From the NCBI RefSeq assembly GCF_031769215.1, contig NW_026781986.1, forward strand, positions 496,001 through 560,000: 64,000 nucleotides of DNA. The letters are read 5' to 3'. Source of the DNA: Ylistrum balloti (lineage: Eukaryota). Made by a program: the position numbers and the translations under genes. This document shows positions 35,379 through 49,694 of this stretch, in pieces. Under the pieces are notes generated by a model. That model was not told the DNA's origin. It saw nothing but the letters and a program-made list of their open reading frames with translations, and did not search any database. Each line of letters starts with the position of its first letter. Position 1 is the first letter of the stretch.

Positions 35379-38300
35379 ATGAGAATCAATGTACAGAATG
35401 TTAGTCACCAGGAGGTCGTGTCACTGCACCTGCCTCTTATCATTGGAGAGATTGAGTCGGCAACACCTCTCAGTCAGGCTCATGTGGAAGTTTGGAATGC
35501 TTCATGGCCCCAGTATACAAAATTGCAGTGGCCAGTTATAGACAGAACATTCAAAGCTCTTGTTAGACTGGGAATTGGAGAAAATGTCATACATTTGAAA
35601 TTTGAAAATGAATTATCAACGATACATCTCATCCGCGAGATGCCACATTTTGTCCATTTTGTCCGTCCAGTGTACATTGTATGTTCAGACAACGATGGCT
35701 ATTTTCAGGCCCCAGCAGATGAGGACTGTTCTCCAAACAGTGCTCAGGAAAGAATTAAACTGGCAGCCATGTTGATTCAGACATTCACAGCAGAAAAGAT
35801 GAGAGAACATGGGTTTGGGAGACAGAACTTTCAGTTGGAACTGGATGAGTGTGGGGAACCTATCTGTCACATTTTTCAGAGTAAACTAACGTTAGAGGAA
35901 GCTCACAGTAAAACAGGAAATGAACTGTGGACGTACTTTGCAAAAGAACTTGTGACCTCAGACTTGAGTAAGAAAGAAACATGCAAATGGTTTTGTTTTA
36001 TGTCTTTCACAAGGTATTTTCCACCAGAAGGCAAAATGCCAAAAACTCACGGCGAGGTTTTGAGCAATACACGTGGCCATACAGCATTAGGTAAGCTGAA
36101 AGGGATTTTATATAGATTTTGTTGCAGTAAGCTCATTATACAGTTCTAAACAAGACAAGATCTTTTTTGGTTATAAATGAAAAAAGCTGAACATATAAAG
36201 GAAAATAACAGATCTATGAAAATAGTAAAATACAGATTGTTTTCTTTTGGGTGATAGAAATATTGACATGTCATTCTTACCTTTAAAAAATTACTGATAA
36301 AGAAGATTAACTTTTTTCAAGTCCAGTTTGAAATGCGGCATAGATTTATATTAGAATTTGTAGAATTGAATATTTGATGTTTCTGTCTGTTGTGCTACTT
36401 CACCTTGGTTAGGGATTGAAAATATACATATAGTGAAAAAAATGTACAGGCCTGTTTATTTGTTATTATTTGTTTTATCTGTGCACATTTATATGTATGT
36501 TGTATACAAATATATACATTTCAATTGTCTTACTCATTCATTCTTTTTAGGAGGTGGTGGTCTTGCCCTTTTTGGAACAGGTAATCTCCACACCTGGGCT
36601 CCCTCGTTAGATCAGATGTATGCCTACTTCACAAACAACAAGAAGATTGATCGTAGGGAACTCATGGATGACAGTGCTTACAGGTAAAAAGGTTACAGGT
36701 GTATGAGTGTAGGAACAATCAGTTGATCATATAAATAGTTGATGGATTCTATAGGCAAGTTGTTTGAACAGGTAAAAGCATGTATAGAATTTTTGATGCA
36801 ACTGCTACACGTTATTTTGCAGTCTGTGAAGTTTTTTAGTTAAATTGTGGAGGTAAGACATTCTTTTGCAATTTTGAACCCTGATGATTAATTCAGCATA
36901 CAGCTGGTATCTCCTTAAAAAGTAATTTGTTACTTTGACTCATGTGGTCATATTTTCTTTTCCTATTTCTTCTAAAATTTAGTTTCTGATGAGAACAGCT
37001 ATGCAATGCCAATGTATTCTGATCTGTATTTGCTACATGTGCACATTTTGTCAGATTAGACAGATTTTTAAGCTCTGTGAAGGTGGAGTATATAGTCAGC
37101 GCTTTGTCCATCTGTCATAATTTTGTCGAGAGCATAACACAACAACTATTAGAGGTATCAACATGAAACTTCATAGGAAGATAGAACTCAACAAGGAGAA
37201 GTGCAGTGCACAAGAACCATTACTCTCTTTTGCATAATTTGGTTCTTATTGCCCTGTGCTATTTTTCATACTTAAATTTTGTCAGGAGCATTACACTAAA
37301 ACTATCACTCTCTTTTGCATAATTTAGGAGTTACTACCCTTTACTTTTTTCATACTAAAATTTTGTCCCATTCATGGATCATAGCCTTCTATGACAAACC
37401 TTGTTTTATAGAGATTTTGTATTGTCTGTAGAAGGGGATATGATAGCTCACTTGATAGAGCACTGGACTATACAACCACAGGTGAGGAAGCAGACATGAA
37501 TAAAAGTTTGATGGTCTTTTATGTATTTAAAGCTGAAATTACTGATGTATAGTTGTGTCTTTGGACAAGACACTATTGCTTTGGATGGTATACAATGGAC
37601 CTCCCCTATGTTGTTCATTGAGGTAATCACTAGTTCTTGAACATGACACTTTGCTGGATGTTTTAGTTGAATTTTCCCAGCTGTACAATGTTTTGGTTAC
37701 AAGTATTCCAGAACAAGGATTCAATTCATGCAGAACACACTGATAGGAGGTGAACCTACAGTGTCTTTAGCATGATAATCTACAGCTCTACCAACTTAGT
37801 GAAAGAATCATGTTCCATCAGCTAGGTGACAGAGACCATATTTATGATTTCTACAAGCCACACAGACCTGTTGCATTTACACTAGGATCTTAGAGGTAAT
37901 TTTGTGAGGAACAGTTGTTAAGTGGCTTGAAATATTTTGACTATTATCTTATTTCACTCATTTGTTCATTACAGAGAGTATTATTGGGCCAACTATGCAA
38001 CAGGGCTTGGCGCTTCTCTCCACGAACTTGGTCACACTTTTGACCTTGCACACACACCAACGGGTATAATGGCACGAGGATTTGATGACATCTATAAAGT
38101 CTTCACGATACGAAAATCAAGGAACCGGGACCGTAGCAAGACACGACACCACTACCGTAGTGGAAGTCGTGACAGCAACATATCCCGAACATCCTCCACA
38201 AGCAGTGTGGAGAGCGTGACAGGAAGTAGTAACCAATCAGCAGAAGAAAGTTCAGACCAAGGTCAAGGGTCAGGTCAGAGGTCAGGGAAAGATAAATCTT

Positions 38301-40691
38301 TAACTCAGGGTCAAATTCAGCAGCAAAGCCAAATACATCAACGACCAACTCAACTAAATAGAAATAAGGATGTATGTTTTGGAAGTCCACTCAGGAAGGT
38401 CAGTATATCATGATGTCTTCAGAAAGTTTTTGAATTTTATAAAAGAACTTTTTCAGTCTTGAAAGTGTACTTGTAATACAAACATATTATGAAATGTATG
38501 TTACTTCACTGACTAGTTTGTATGTAGAATTTTACATAGTGGCTGTCATTTGCCTTTGGGAAAATTTTAATTATTACAAATGTTATTTACCATCATATGA
38601 ACACTTAATAAATAGCAGCTTTGTCATGAACCACTGGGGACACAGATGTCACTTTTACACGTGAATTTCTTTGCTGGAAACCCAAACATGGTAATAAAAG
38701 AATGATATTTCCTTGACAAAAAGTATATATATCTTTGATTATTTAGGTGAAAATGCAATGGAAACAGACTAAGGTTTCATTGACATTTTTTATATTGTTT
38801 ACAGACTAACCACACCAACAACTATATAGCACCCCCACCGGTTGTTGTAAAAATGGAAAAGGGCTTTACTCCAGTCAAATCTCCCTCCACACTGACTTTT
38901 AGTGTCAAGAACTATGATGGAACACAGCAACACAAGGTTGTTGCCCATGACGATGGGATAGAGACAGTTACAGACATGTTACTAGGGACAGATGGCCGTC
39001 TGCTGGCCAAGTCCACCTCCAGAGGTAGGTGATCAAAATATTTAGCTTTTACAAGGAAGAGATGGTCTTCAGCTGGCTCTGTCCACCACCAGATGTATTA
39101 TCAAATTTATGAAATACGATAAGCTTAATATTTAGCTGTTCCTAGGGACACTACACAGGTAATGACACTATGACCCAGATAGCACTTAACCAGATTTGAT
39201 TTTAAGGCATCACTAACTTCAAGTCTCAAATACAGACAGCTGTATGTTTGTCATTTCAGAACGTACATCATCTTGTTCTTCTGTGAGTTCTACCTCTTCA
39301 CTTCACTCGCCTATTGGAACAACTCCATCCAACCTCCCTAACTCACCCGATGAGCCACTTGTCTTCCCAGAAGTCACCTTCAAAGATGGCGGTGCCCACT
39401 GGTACCGATCCTCTGCTGTGCTTCTCTTTTTCCACAAGTAGGTTTCAAGATCTTAGCTAGTAGGTCACACAATCTTAGTATTCAGAAGTTTGTCACTAGA
39501 TCTTAAAGACAGAAAGATATTGTCTTACTTTGGAAAAATGATTACCTGAATTTAAAAATGAAATTATATTGTTGTAAGAGCTATCAGAATTCATATCTTA
39601 ATTTTTCAAAACGGTAAATTGTTTCATCTTACTTGAACAAATAAATGAAGAACAAATCATTTCCTCAAGTTACTTTTGCGATATTTGCTGACCTCATTAT
39701 TGCAAGCAATACCCAGTAAATAATTTCTAATGTTTGGTAAATATAGTGCTGTCAGATAAAGCTTTGAAAAATCGACTTGCAACTATACTCAAAATATAAA
39801 GATGCACCTACAGAATATCATGACAAATTTACTTTATTGAATATATCATTGTCAGCAATTAAATTCTGTTTGAATATCTATAAGAAAATCATTTTGACTC
39901 CTGGTCAATTATACATTGAAATTTCTTTTATAAAAATCTACTTGGTTGTAGATGGTTCAACAAGGCCAACCCAAAAGATCCTAAAAAGCAGCCAATAATA
40001 TCAGGGTGAGAATTCAGACGATTCTGTTTCAATCTAAAGTTATGTTTCAGGATATGACCATCATACAATGTATTATGAATAAGAAGCAACAAGGTTTTGA
40101 AATTATCTCTTTTATTATTTGATCAAATTGAAATTGCATGGGTATAAGATTATCTTTTTTTTTATCAGCCAAAGAAAATTTTCAGTTTTAATATTTCAGT
40201 GGAATATTATATTTTCTGAAAATGAAATGTAAGAAATTTTGTTTCAAGGTCAAAGGTCAATGTTTTGCACTGTATGAGTTTTCATGAAACTTGCATGATA
40301 TTTCAGGAATAAGAATTAAGAAAACAGTGTGAAAATTATTTAATTCTTTGCAAAATAATATATTTGTCTTTTTATATTAGATCTCTTTATAGTTGGTTGT
40401 GTACTTAATATACTTCTGTGTATTTCTGGTTGATAATAAGTGTGTGTGTTGTACAGGTCAAAGGTCATGGCCATTGGAGGTATCCGCCTTGTGGAGTTAC
40501 GAAGTGACCCTGAGGGCATTGTATTTTTCCACTGGGAATTCCTTCGGGAGACTCCACCCACAAATTTTGTCCTCAAGCTGTCTGCAGTTCGGAACCTTCC
40601 CGCTGGGGCAGAAGTGGTCACAGTGCTAGTTGAAGACAGTTACGGGAATATCACTCGACGTAAAGTACGATTGGGTGATTTCCAGAAGTAA
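35379..40691 (+). CDS. Putative zinc metalloprotease of the YIL108W/Metallopep-like family (7 exons, about 642-651 aa)
   Basis: Exons 35379-36090, 36551-36683, 37975-38398 (or -38371), 38805-39024, 39260-39437, 39952-40005 and 40457-40691 are phase-consistent. Motifs AAMLIQTFTAEKM, GHTALGGGGLALFG..LHTWA and zinc site LHELGHTFDLAH with Met-turn GIMARGF. No signal peptide seen. Confidence 0.88.
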
Positions 40692-41192
40692 TTCAACTGA
40701 ATAAGACATTTAGATGCCAGATCGCTAGGAGTCACACCTCACTGTAGGATTTATGGTTTGATTTGATTTAGAATATAAATGTTGTATGTATATTAAGGAA
40801 ACAAAAACATTTCAACTGAAGTCACTTTCTGGTAGCATGAGGTAGGAATTTTGTCAATTTGTTTAAAAAAAGTTGTAACTGAAGTCAGTTGAATGTGACC
40901 TGATTTATTTATTTTTCTACAAATTAAATGTACCTGTCAAGATTCCAACAAAAATTTAGATTTTTTTTTTTTTTTTGCAAATTTGCTTCTTTTTGATAGT
41001 TGAAAGATCCATGAATTAAATAGCAGCAATTGTTAACACTTCAGAACTCATGCTACACCACATGAGACAAAGGACCAAAAATGAAAAACATATTTGTTTG
41101 CAATTTCTCTACCGACCTTAAGGTGAAAAACTTTGTTAACAGTCAAAGATCACCATTTCATAACGAGCAAATAAATGTAGAAAGTTCATGGG

Positions 41193-41270
41193 CAGACTGT
41201 TAATGGTCATAAGTTCATGGGCAGACTGTTAAAGGTCATAAGTTCATGACCAGACTGTTAAAGGTCATAC
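41193..41270. repeat. 29-bp tandem repeat x3
   Basis: AAGTTCATGGGCAGACTGTTAA[T/A]GGTCAT repeated about three times. Confidence 0.8.
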
Positions 41271-44200
41271 GGTTCAAGGCCATTGACAAAAGCCACCAGA
41301 TAATGACTTGAGATGTAATGTTATATACTGTTTTTAACAGAACTTCCTAGGTCATAAACATATGAATGGTGTTTTACAGAATATTATAGTTTTTACTCTA
41401 TAAATGAAAATTTAGAAATCATTTATTTTTAATATATCAAAGTGTTGTTTTTCAATGTGTCAGAGATTTTGTAACTGTATATACAATATTTTTGGTTTTG
41501 ACTATTTTTGGTACTGTGCAGATTGTCTATGAATACAGAGTCTATGCCTTATGGGTTTTTTTCCTACTCAGAAATATCATGCACCTACAAGAATCTGTCC
41601 TCAACCTAAATTTTTGTATAAATCCAATCAGGATCAAATTTTAGATAGCTCTTACACAGTCTTTACTGTAATTCTAAACTAAAATGATATCCCTAATTAT
41701 CATTATAGAAGTTACATTTATATTTTATGAATATTATATATATATTTTTTTTTTTGCTATAATCAGGACCAGAAAATATTATGCAAAGAAAAAAAAGCCA
41801 AGACACATTTGCTTGACATGTTTATAATGGAGAGTCAGTTAGAACTATTGGAATATGTGAAATTTAAACCCTGCTAATTTGATCCTACCTTTGGTCACAG
41901 AATTGGATAAAGAGTCTATGAATTCTACTCTGAATTCTTATAAATCTGTAAATTTGAATGAGCAGCAGGTTTGTTTATTTACACATTACGACAGTAGAAA
42001 GTTTGCTGTGTATCCAGGCTCCATTAGGCATCATTTCTTATAAATATTTTCATGTTTTATTGATTGAATGATTGTTAACTGTCAGTTCTGATTCAGTTTA
42101 TACTGTTTGACTAATCAAAACTGTTTGAATGGCTCTAATGTAAAATCTGCATATTCATTCCACTTTCAAAGAATACCCTAAAAACTCAAAAATAAGTGAA
42201 CCGCTAAAATCAGCCTTTCCTGAAAATAAGCTTGTAGTTTCTTACTAAACAAAAACCTACATTTGCTTCCTTTTAATGAAAGTAATCAGAATCTTGTTTT
42301 CAAGTTTTTAGGGTATGATAATACTATCTGTATTAATCCAGGATGTCACATAAGCTTGAAAATATCTTTTTCATTTTCATTAACAAAAATAGAGGCCAGT
42401 AAAAGGACGGTATAATACAAGGGTAATTGATTAATAAGCCATAGTTATTAATCTCTTTATTATTTATCTACCTCTACTTGGCCACAAAGCTACATGGGTG
42501 TGTTTTCCACTTTTGTGTTCAAATCAAGTACAATGTATTTAAGAATATCTGAATTCTTTAAAGAAACAACAATGAAAAAAAAAACATGTTCATATGTTTG
42601 AATAGATTTTTGAAAATGTTTCTGATATCACATTTGCTTTCATGAATGAACATAAAACATCTTTGAGGTACCTGTCTATAAGCAGTTTATCTGTAGAAGT
42701 ACCTACATTTTATACACCTGTTTATAATTTTGTGTTCCTCTAGAATGTGAATATCATATCTGTTTAAAGTGTAATGTGGTAGAGTTGTGGAATTCAGCTT
42801 GACACTTTAGTGACAGGAAATAATACATTGCTTTATAGTCCTGTAAATAATATATGATATATGCATTACTTCATAAAATTCATGTATTCAGAAGTCAGCT
42901 TACGTACATATTATATTTATATTATTATATAACCTGGGGTTTTTTTCCTTTAATTATTTATTGTTTTGACATACATATTTTTATTGTTATGTTATGTCTA
43001 TAATTTCATATCATTTTGTCAACATGATTTTTTTATATATATACATTGACTATTTTAGTTTATAATTTAATTGTTTTGTTTTTCTTTAACATTTATTTTC
43101 CATTTCACTTCTTGATATTTAACTTTAATTACACATGATAACATACCCTTCCTAAACAGAATATTATATATTACCGGGATACCTCTATGATATTTGTATT
43201 CTGTAATCCTCTGATCAGTTATATTACCCAATTTGATTCGACCCTGACCTGGAGGAGGCTGCAATAGCTGTCAGTTAGGGTGTTGTTCAATGTCAGGTGA
43301 AGATCTGAGGTGTGTTGTTTAATTCTCCTTTCCCATGCGGTATGGGCAAGTCACATTACCCAAATCAATCTAGAAGAAATGCAATAGGTCTTCAGTATGC
43401 AGTTTATTGAGATAGCCAATACCTTCTGCATAATGAGAGACCCAAACTCAAATTATCTTTGGCTGTTGAAAGGATGATAAACCCAGAAACAAACGAATCA
43501 TGACCTGGAAATTGATGTTTGTTTTTTTAATGTTCATTCACTTTGCAATCTTTCATTTCTTTTAGTTTTGCCAATATTGTTTTTGTTTTCTACCTGTGTA
43601 TATTGAATGTTACTTAAAGATTATTATGGGACAAGTCGCTTTAGTAATTACCAAAGTAGAACTACCATGATCTTTATTTGACCTTGGTATATGGTACTGA
43701 AAGGCATGTGTTTCAGATATGGTATGCAAGTACAAAGACTTCATGAGAAAGTGCTAAAAGCATAACAAAAAGGAGAATGACTTGACCTTTGACCTTGATC
43801 AATAAATAGTTCTGAAATGCTGAAAAAGTTTCTCAAGAGCATCTTAGCATCTGTCTTAGACTTGTGTGTAGGAATATTGTACTTAATGATGAATTGCTGT
43901 TTCATGTACCAAAATGGAATCTGTTTCAAAGTACAGGAATATTTCTTTCTAGGGCATATTTGTGTTAACAGCTATATAATCTTATGAAATTAAGGCTTAG
44001 TAAATATTGGGCACGTTTTAAAAAATTAATCATTATGAAATTGATTTGAACTTGAACCTTGACCTGAAATATTGAAATAAAAAAAATGTAAAATTTTTAG
44101 CTAGGTGCTGAAATTTTAGGCTTTGTGCTAAGTTACATAATGGGAGAATGTTTTCTCACTTACCAGAAGAGGGACACTGTAATATTGACCTTTGACCTTG

Positions 44201-47120
44201 ACCATAAGTACTGAGATATAGATTATTGGGGCTATAGGGAAACTTAAGTGTGAAGAAATAATTCTTGAGACTCTGTATGTGTCAACACTAATCAAACCTT
44301 TCTACTCTATGGCTAATGGCATTGAAGTTACCGTTTTAAGTCAGTTATAGTCATGTGATCTTTTTTTTGTCTCTGTGCAATTGTTATTTGATTGTGTGAT
44401 TCTTTTGTCTGTTTAGCTTCAGTCTGTATGGCTAGGGGCATACGAGTACCAATATCAAGTTTGCAGTAAAATGTTGTGTTATATTAATGTGATCTGTCTC
44501 CACATGATATTTCTTTGTTTATAAGTGGCTGTTTATCTTGTTATAGTCATTTGATCTTTTAGATGTGATGTGTCATTTGATATTATCATATAAATCTAAT
44601 TAGTAGATTTCATTCTTGTTTAAATATATATAATATGGATGACATTGGTAGCCTCCTTGTGGGTTTGCTGGGATTTGTTTTGCTAATGTATATGCTAAGG
44701 AACCATATTTCCAGTGGCTCATTTGTAGTGACATAATAAATAAATACAGTACAGTTAAAACAGTATCCAAACCTGACCATATTGTACACCAGTCTAAATA
44801 GATGGCGATGTAAACAAATTTTAAATCTCCTGGTAAAGAAAAAAACTACATAAAAATATTCTTTTACTTTGTAGTGTTAGCAAGAATTCAATTGTTTACA
44901 GTATCACGTAGGCTATCTCATCTGTTTGGTACATGTATTAGTTGAACACTTGTTCTGTCATTAACTTTGAACACAGTAATGAGTCGTTGGCTTTAATTTT
45001 CTCCTGTATACAAACAAGGACAGTTCATATAGCTCTCTTCTAGACTTCATCGATTCCAAATTAATTTATAGTTGCCATATTTTATTCAAATGAATTGTGT
45101 TGTGATATATATCTATTTTTTGCATGGTATTTGTTTATAGGTTTACATTTTACATTTTCCATGCAGTTTGAAATAATATGATATGAGCACTGCAAGTTTA
45201 GTCAGAACATTTAAAGCTTTCAAAGTGCTGCATGCTCTCAACAGTGTGGGATGATGTATATCGATATGGTGCAATTTTTACTTGTAGCAGAAAACTTAGC
45301 AGAATACTTAGCATAGATAGAAGACAAACTAGCATGATATATTTGTATTTATTTTCATAGCAGGTAAACAATCATAGATTACGAGTGGAAAAGTAGGCTG
45401 TGTCTTTGTGTTTTGGATGTAGCTGAATGAGAGAACATGGCTTGTACATAAGATAATTTAATTGATTGCTTAACATGCATTACATAATTTTACTCTCTGA
45501 TCCCAGATACATTTGCCCTCTAAAATTTTCATGAATTTTTCAAATGAAATTGATTTTTCTAATTATCATTTTTGTCAACCCTGTGTATATCTTCAACAAT
45601 TCAATTCCTAACCTATAATTATCTATTTTTCATTGTTATCATTAGATTACATATAGTTACATGCTACACAGTAATAGATAGATATATTGATTAATAAGTA
45701 AATAAATAGGTAAATATATAAATATGAAGTAAACTTTTCAAGACATTTGTTTTGTAAAATTTAGTTTACAATTTTCTCAAGCCCTCTAATTTGACCAGAA
45801 GCATTTTATGAAGAATTAACTATTTTTGTATCCCAATGCCCACCACTTCAAATATCAACTCTGAAGTAATGGTCCTGGATCCAATCAGCCTGTGATCTTG
45901 GACTTGTTGGTCTGATAACTCTTTAAGAAATTCAAAAAGTGAGAAATTGTTTCAAATTGAAAACATTTTTTTTTTGTAATTCAGTTAAGTCAAGCCTGTA
46001 TTCCATAGAGACCATGCAGGTTTTTGTATACTGACTGGTTACTTTTGTTATGCTAAATCCATTATCCATAATGAAATTCCGGCATTGGGAAAATTCTTAA
46101 TCTGTTTTATGACAAAGGTGGCCACATGACCTGTTTTTATTGTATCTATCAATTTGAAAAAAAAAAAAATCAAAGTTTTATCTTTTTATCTCTGCAAGGT
46201 AAAATTTACTGGATTTTATAAACTATGCTACTCTGCCTAATGAAACTTCTGTTGAATTTCCAATTAATTATTAAATTTACTACCTCTGTGTAACCCCAGA
46301 AGCCCTCTTCCTTTCATGCCCATCGAATTACCAAACCTCATGTCCCTACTTTGACGATGATGACCTTTCACATACAATGTAGTTTACCATACAGTGTATA
46401 TTCTTGCATGTTAATTGGCCTTTGTTAATTAACCACACTTACCTCTTCCCGTAAAGTCTAAAAGCCCTTTCTGTTCCTGATCCATCAAATACGCATGTCT
46501 GATTGACCATCACATGTATACATTCATTCTACTGAAATTTTATATTGATTTCAGTTAATTTGTGAAGTACTTAGTGGCACTGCCATGAAATGCCAGAACA
46601 CCACAAGAATGAAGGCCTATAAATAGCAAACATTCTTCATATTTATGTACCAACATAGGCGTAGCAGACTGTCGCATGGCAACAGTTCTGTAAATAATAA
46701 TGATTATGTGAGCAGAAAATGTGCTTCATATGGTGCTTGGTCCACACAGGAAAAATATCCAGTAGTTTATAATGTGTTAATTGTTTGGCAGCATTTTATA
46801 TCTTAGATATTTTAATCGGCATGTTGTTTGTGTATTGTCCTGATGTTCTGAAACTATATTTAATATTTTATATACCTGTGAAGCAGATAAGTGTGTGTAA
46901 TAATAGTATTTTTCTGAGTGATATGGAAATGTCTGTCACACAGATGCACCGTTAACATGATGCGAATGAGTCTTTGTGACACTGAAGTTTCATGCAAAGG
47001 AGTTTCCGTGACACAGACATATTTTGTGGTGAAGCAAGAGTCTTTGTGACACTGCTGTGTCAAAATTTGATTTATGTTGTTGTGTTGTTGTTTAGAATTA
47101 TATCATTTGATTGATATTAC

Positions 47121-47153
47121 CAGGGACGTATAATACAGTATTATACGTCCGTG
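47121..47153. mobile_element. 33-bp foldback flanked by a direct repeat; possible DNA-transposon (P-like) excision footprint
   Basis: atattac-CAGGGACGTATAATAC-AGTATTATACGTCCGTG-atattac: inverted arms with one mismatch, CA...TG ends and a 7-bp flanking duplication. Confidence 0.5.
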
Positions 47154-49450
47154 ATATTACAAACAAAAAATAACTTCAATTTAAGTGACATTTCCACATA
47201 TTTCTGGATATTTTATTTTGGAAAAAAAAAGGTGAATGTGTATCTCATATATTAAAAGGTGATTTTGATATTATATGAAACTGAATTCCTGGATAAATAA
47301 TACATTGTATCAATGATGAGAATCTGTGTTTGAAATCTTTGGTCACTAATGTGTGAATAAAATAAACCTGACTGAATGAAATTTTAAGTATGTTATGTGG
47401 AAATATCATTTAATAATATCTGTTAATAATTTATCTGCTCAAGTTATCTTTGTTATCACTTAGATATTATGATAAATTGTCTGTAGTTGTTTATTGGCAC
47501 ATCAGTCTGTTACTCAGCAAGTTTTCTGTCACCAGACATCTAATCGGTTCCATTTCCTCAAAACAACTATTAATCAGCAAAAGTAGAAAAGCAGTTTTAT
47601 TTTATTCACTCTGAAGGTAGTCTGAAGGTAGTCTGAAGAAAGACTGTGTATTCATAACTAACTTTAGAATGTTAATTATGAAATGTTTGTTTTTCATAAG
47701 GAGAATCCAATTGAATTTCGGTAATCAGAACGCCATTAAAAACGATTTTCTTTTAATTAAAAAAAAAACTCCATTAAAATAGATTTCTTAAATCAACTTA
47801 ATCAATAAAACTCCATTCAAACAGATTTTATCAATAAAAACAGATTTCTTTCTGAAATTACAAATTCCATTAAAACAAATATCTTTGATGAAAAATTATT
47901 TTAAAAAAATCTTTTAGACAGATTATTTGGTACAGGTTTGTTTAGTTAGACAGTCTGAGCAACTTCCAAGACAATAAACTGTTGTGATATTGTTGAAGTA
48001 GAATTTGTCAAGTGTTGTGATCAAAGGAGATATGCTACATTACACATTCCACCAGTAAGATTTGAAATATCTCCTTAAAATCTTTGTTTCTCATTGATAT
48101 TGATAAAAACAGTATAATTAATTTGTTGGGAGATCCACAGTAACGTAGCATTTATCCTTAAAACTGTAAATGATCTCAGAATTGTTTTATCTATTTTATC
48201 AAGATTGTTTTACCTACATTGTTAAAAAGTAGAATCAAGATATATTTTATTCTTTTTCAATTTGTTTTTAATACAAAAATAATGCACTTGTTTAATATGT
48301 TAGATTTGTTGCTTTATGTGAGACGTTTGATTGAAATCATGAGTGTAATTATCATAAATATTATAATTAGTTTTATTATCTGCAGTTATAAAAAAATAAT
48401 TCATCGCAAAACTTTTATACAACCTGAATGATGTATGTTTTGTTGTTAGATACTGACTTCCGTTTCTTTTTCAGCATGTTTCAATTATCAGAAATATTGT
48501 ACAAACTTGTAACTGATAATTTTCTTTGAAAAATGATAATTTTACCAATTTGATTTGATCCTTAGGATTTTTAACAAACCTAAATTCAAAGTACTCTTGA
48601 TATCATGATAGACTAAACTAGGCATACATCCTAAAATTTGATTAACATGTTTTGTATGTAATCCTAATAAAGTGCAACAATGTTAAGGTTACTGTGTAAT
48701 TGTTAATGTGTTAGAAAATGTTTGTCATAGTTAGTACTTTGGAGTTAAGCCATTTAAACAGATGTGTCTACACATAAAGAGGCAACATGGTGTTTGAATA
48801 CTTCATCATAATTAATTTGCAATATCACATTCTGCTTTGTAATATCCAAGAGTAACTCTTGCATAAACATTTGCTGATCTCTCCCATGTTAGGAGTTGTA
48901 GGTAGAATCTTACATTTAGTCAGTGTAAATGAAGATTGTATCACCGGTTTTATTGCCAATAAGGCTGTGTTTTGTAACATATCCACAGGTATCTTTATAG
49001 CTCTGTAGAATTAACAAAAAAAAAATTAAACCAATCACAGACTTTTGAATAACAGGTACCAGTACTATAAAAATAATTATTTTTTGTGGAAGACTTATTT
49101 TTGTTGATTTTGTTGGTGCTCTAAATACTCCACAGATTCATTTGTTCACAAACTGGTCATTAGTATGAATAGATTCAATCAAGCTTTATATAATCAAGAA
49201 ATTCATTGCCCATGAAATGTTTTTTTTTTTTTTTTAAACATGAAAATTTAGCTCCATTAAAAATATATGATTTTACAGTGTTGTGCTTGCCCTTGTTGCA
49301 GGATAAACACAAGTTAAAACTGTTAAATTAGTAAGGCCTGAAATATACCTGACAGTGTGTTCCCGCTCATCTGTCTGACCCTATTTTTTCAGTCTTCCTT
49401 AAATTTGTTTGCCATATTTTAATGAAGGTCAATTGCAGATCCAATTTCTA

Positions 49451-49694
49451 TACTGTATAGTTGTTAATATTTGCAAGGATTTTAATGTCGCTATTTTTTA
49501 GTAGTTAGGAAAGGTAACAATAAAAAAACTGCAATTAACATTTTCATATTGAATCCAAATCTCAGAAAATATTCATTATTCGTGTATAAATTTATACAAA
49601 TTGATAGACAAACGTGAAATTGAATACCTGTGAAGCAGTTTAAACCAGACAACAGTGTAATATATGCTCCACAAAATGAAACAACTATACAGTA
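49451..49694. mobile_element. MITE with perfect terminal inverted repeats and TA target duplication (Tc1/mariner type)
   Basis: TA-CTGTATAGTTGTT (49451-49465) ... AACAACTATACAG-TA (49680-49694); no ORF. Confidence 0.75.

Noticed and set aside
37434-37480. tRNA-like A-box fragment (TAGCTCACTTGATAGAGCA); a similar B-box fragment lies at about 21045
   Set aside because: Truncated, no complete cloverleaf; probably decayed SINE heads.
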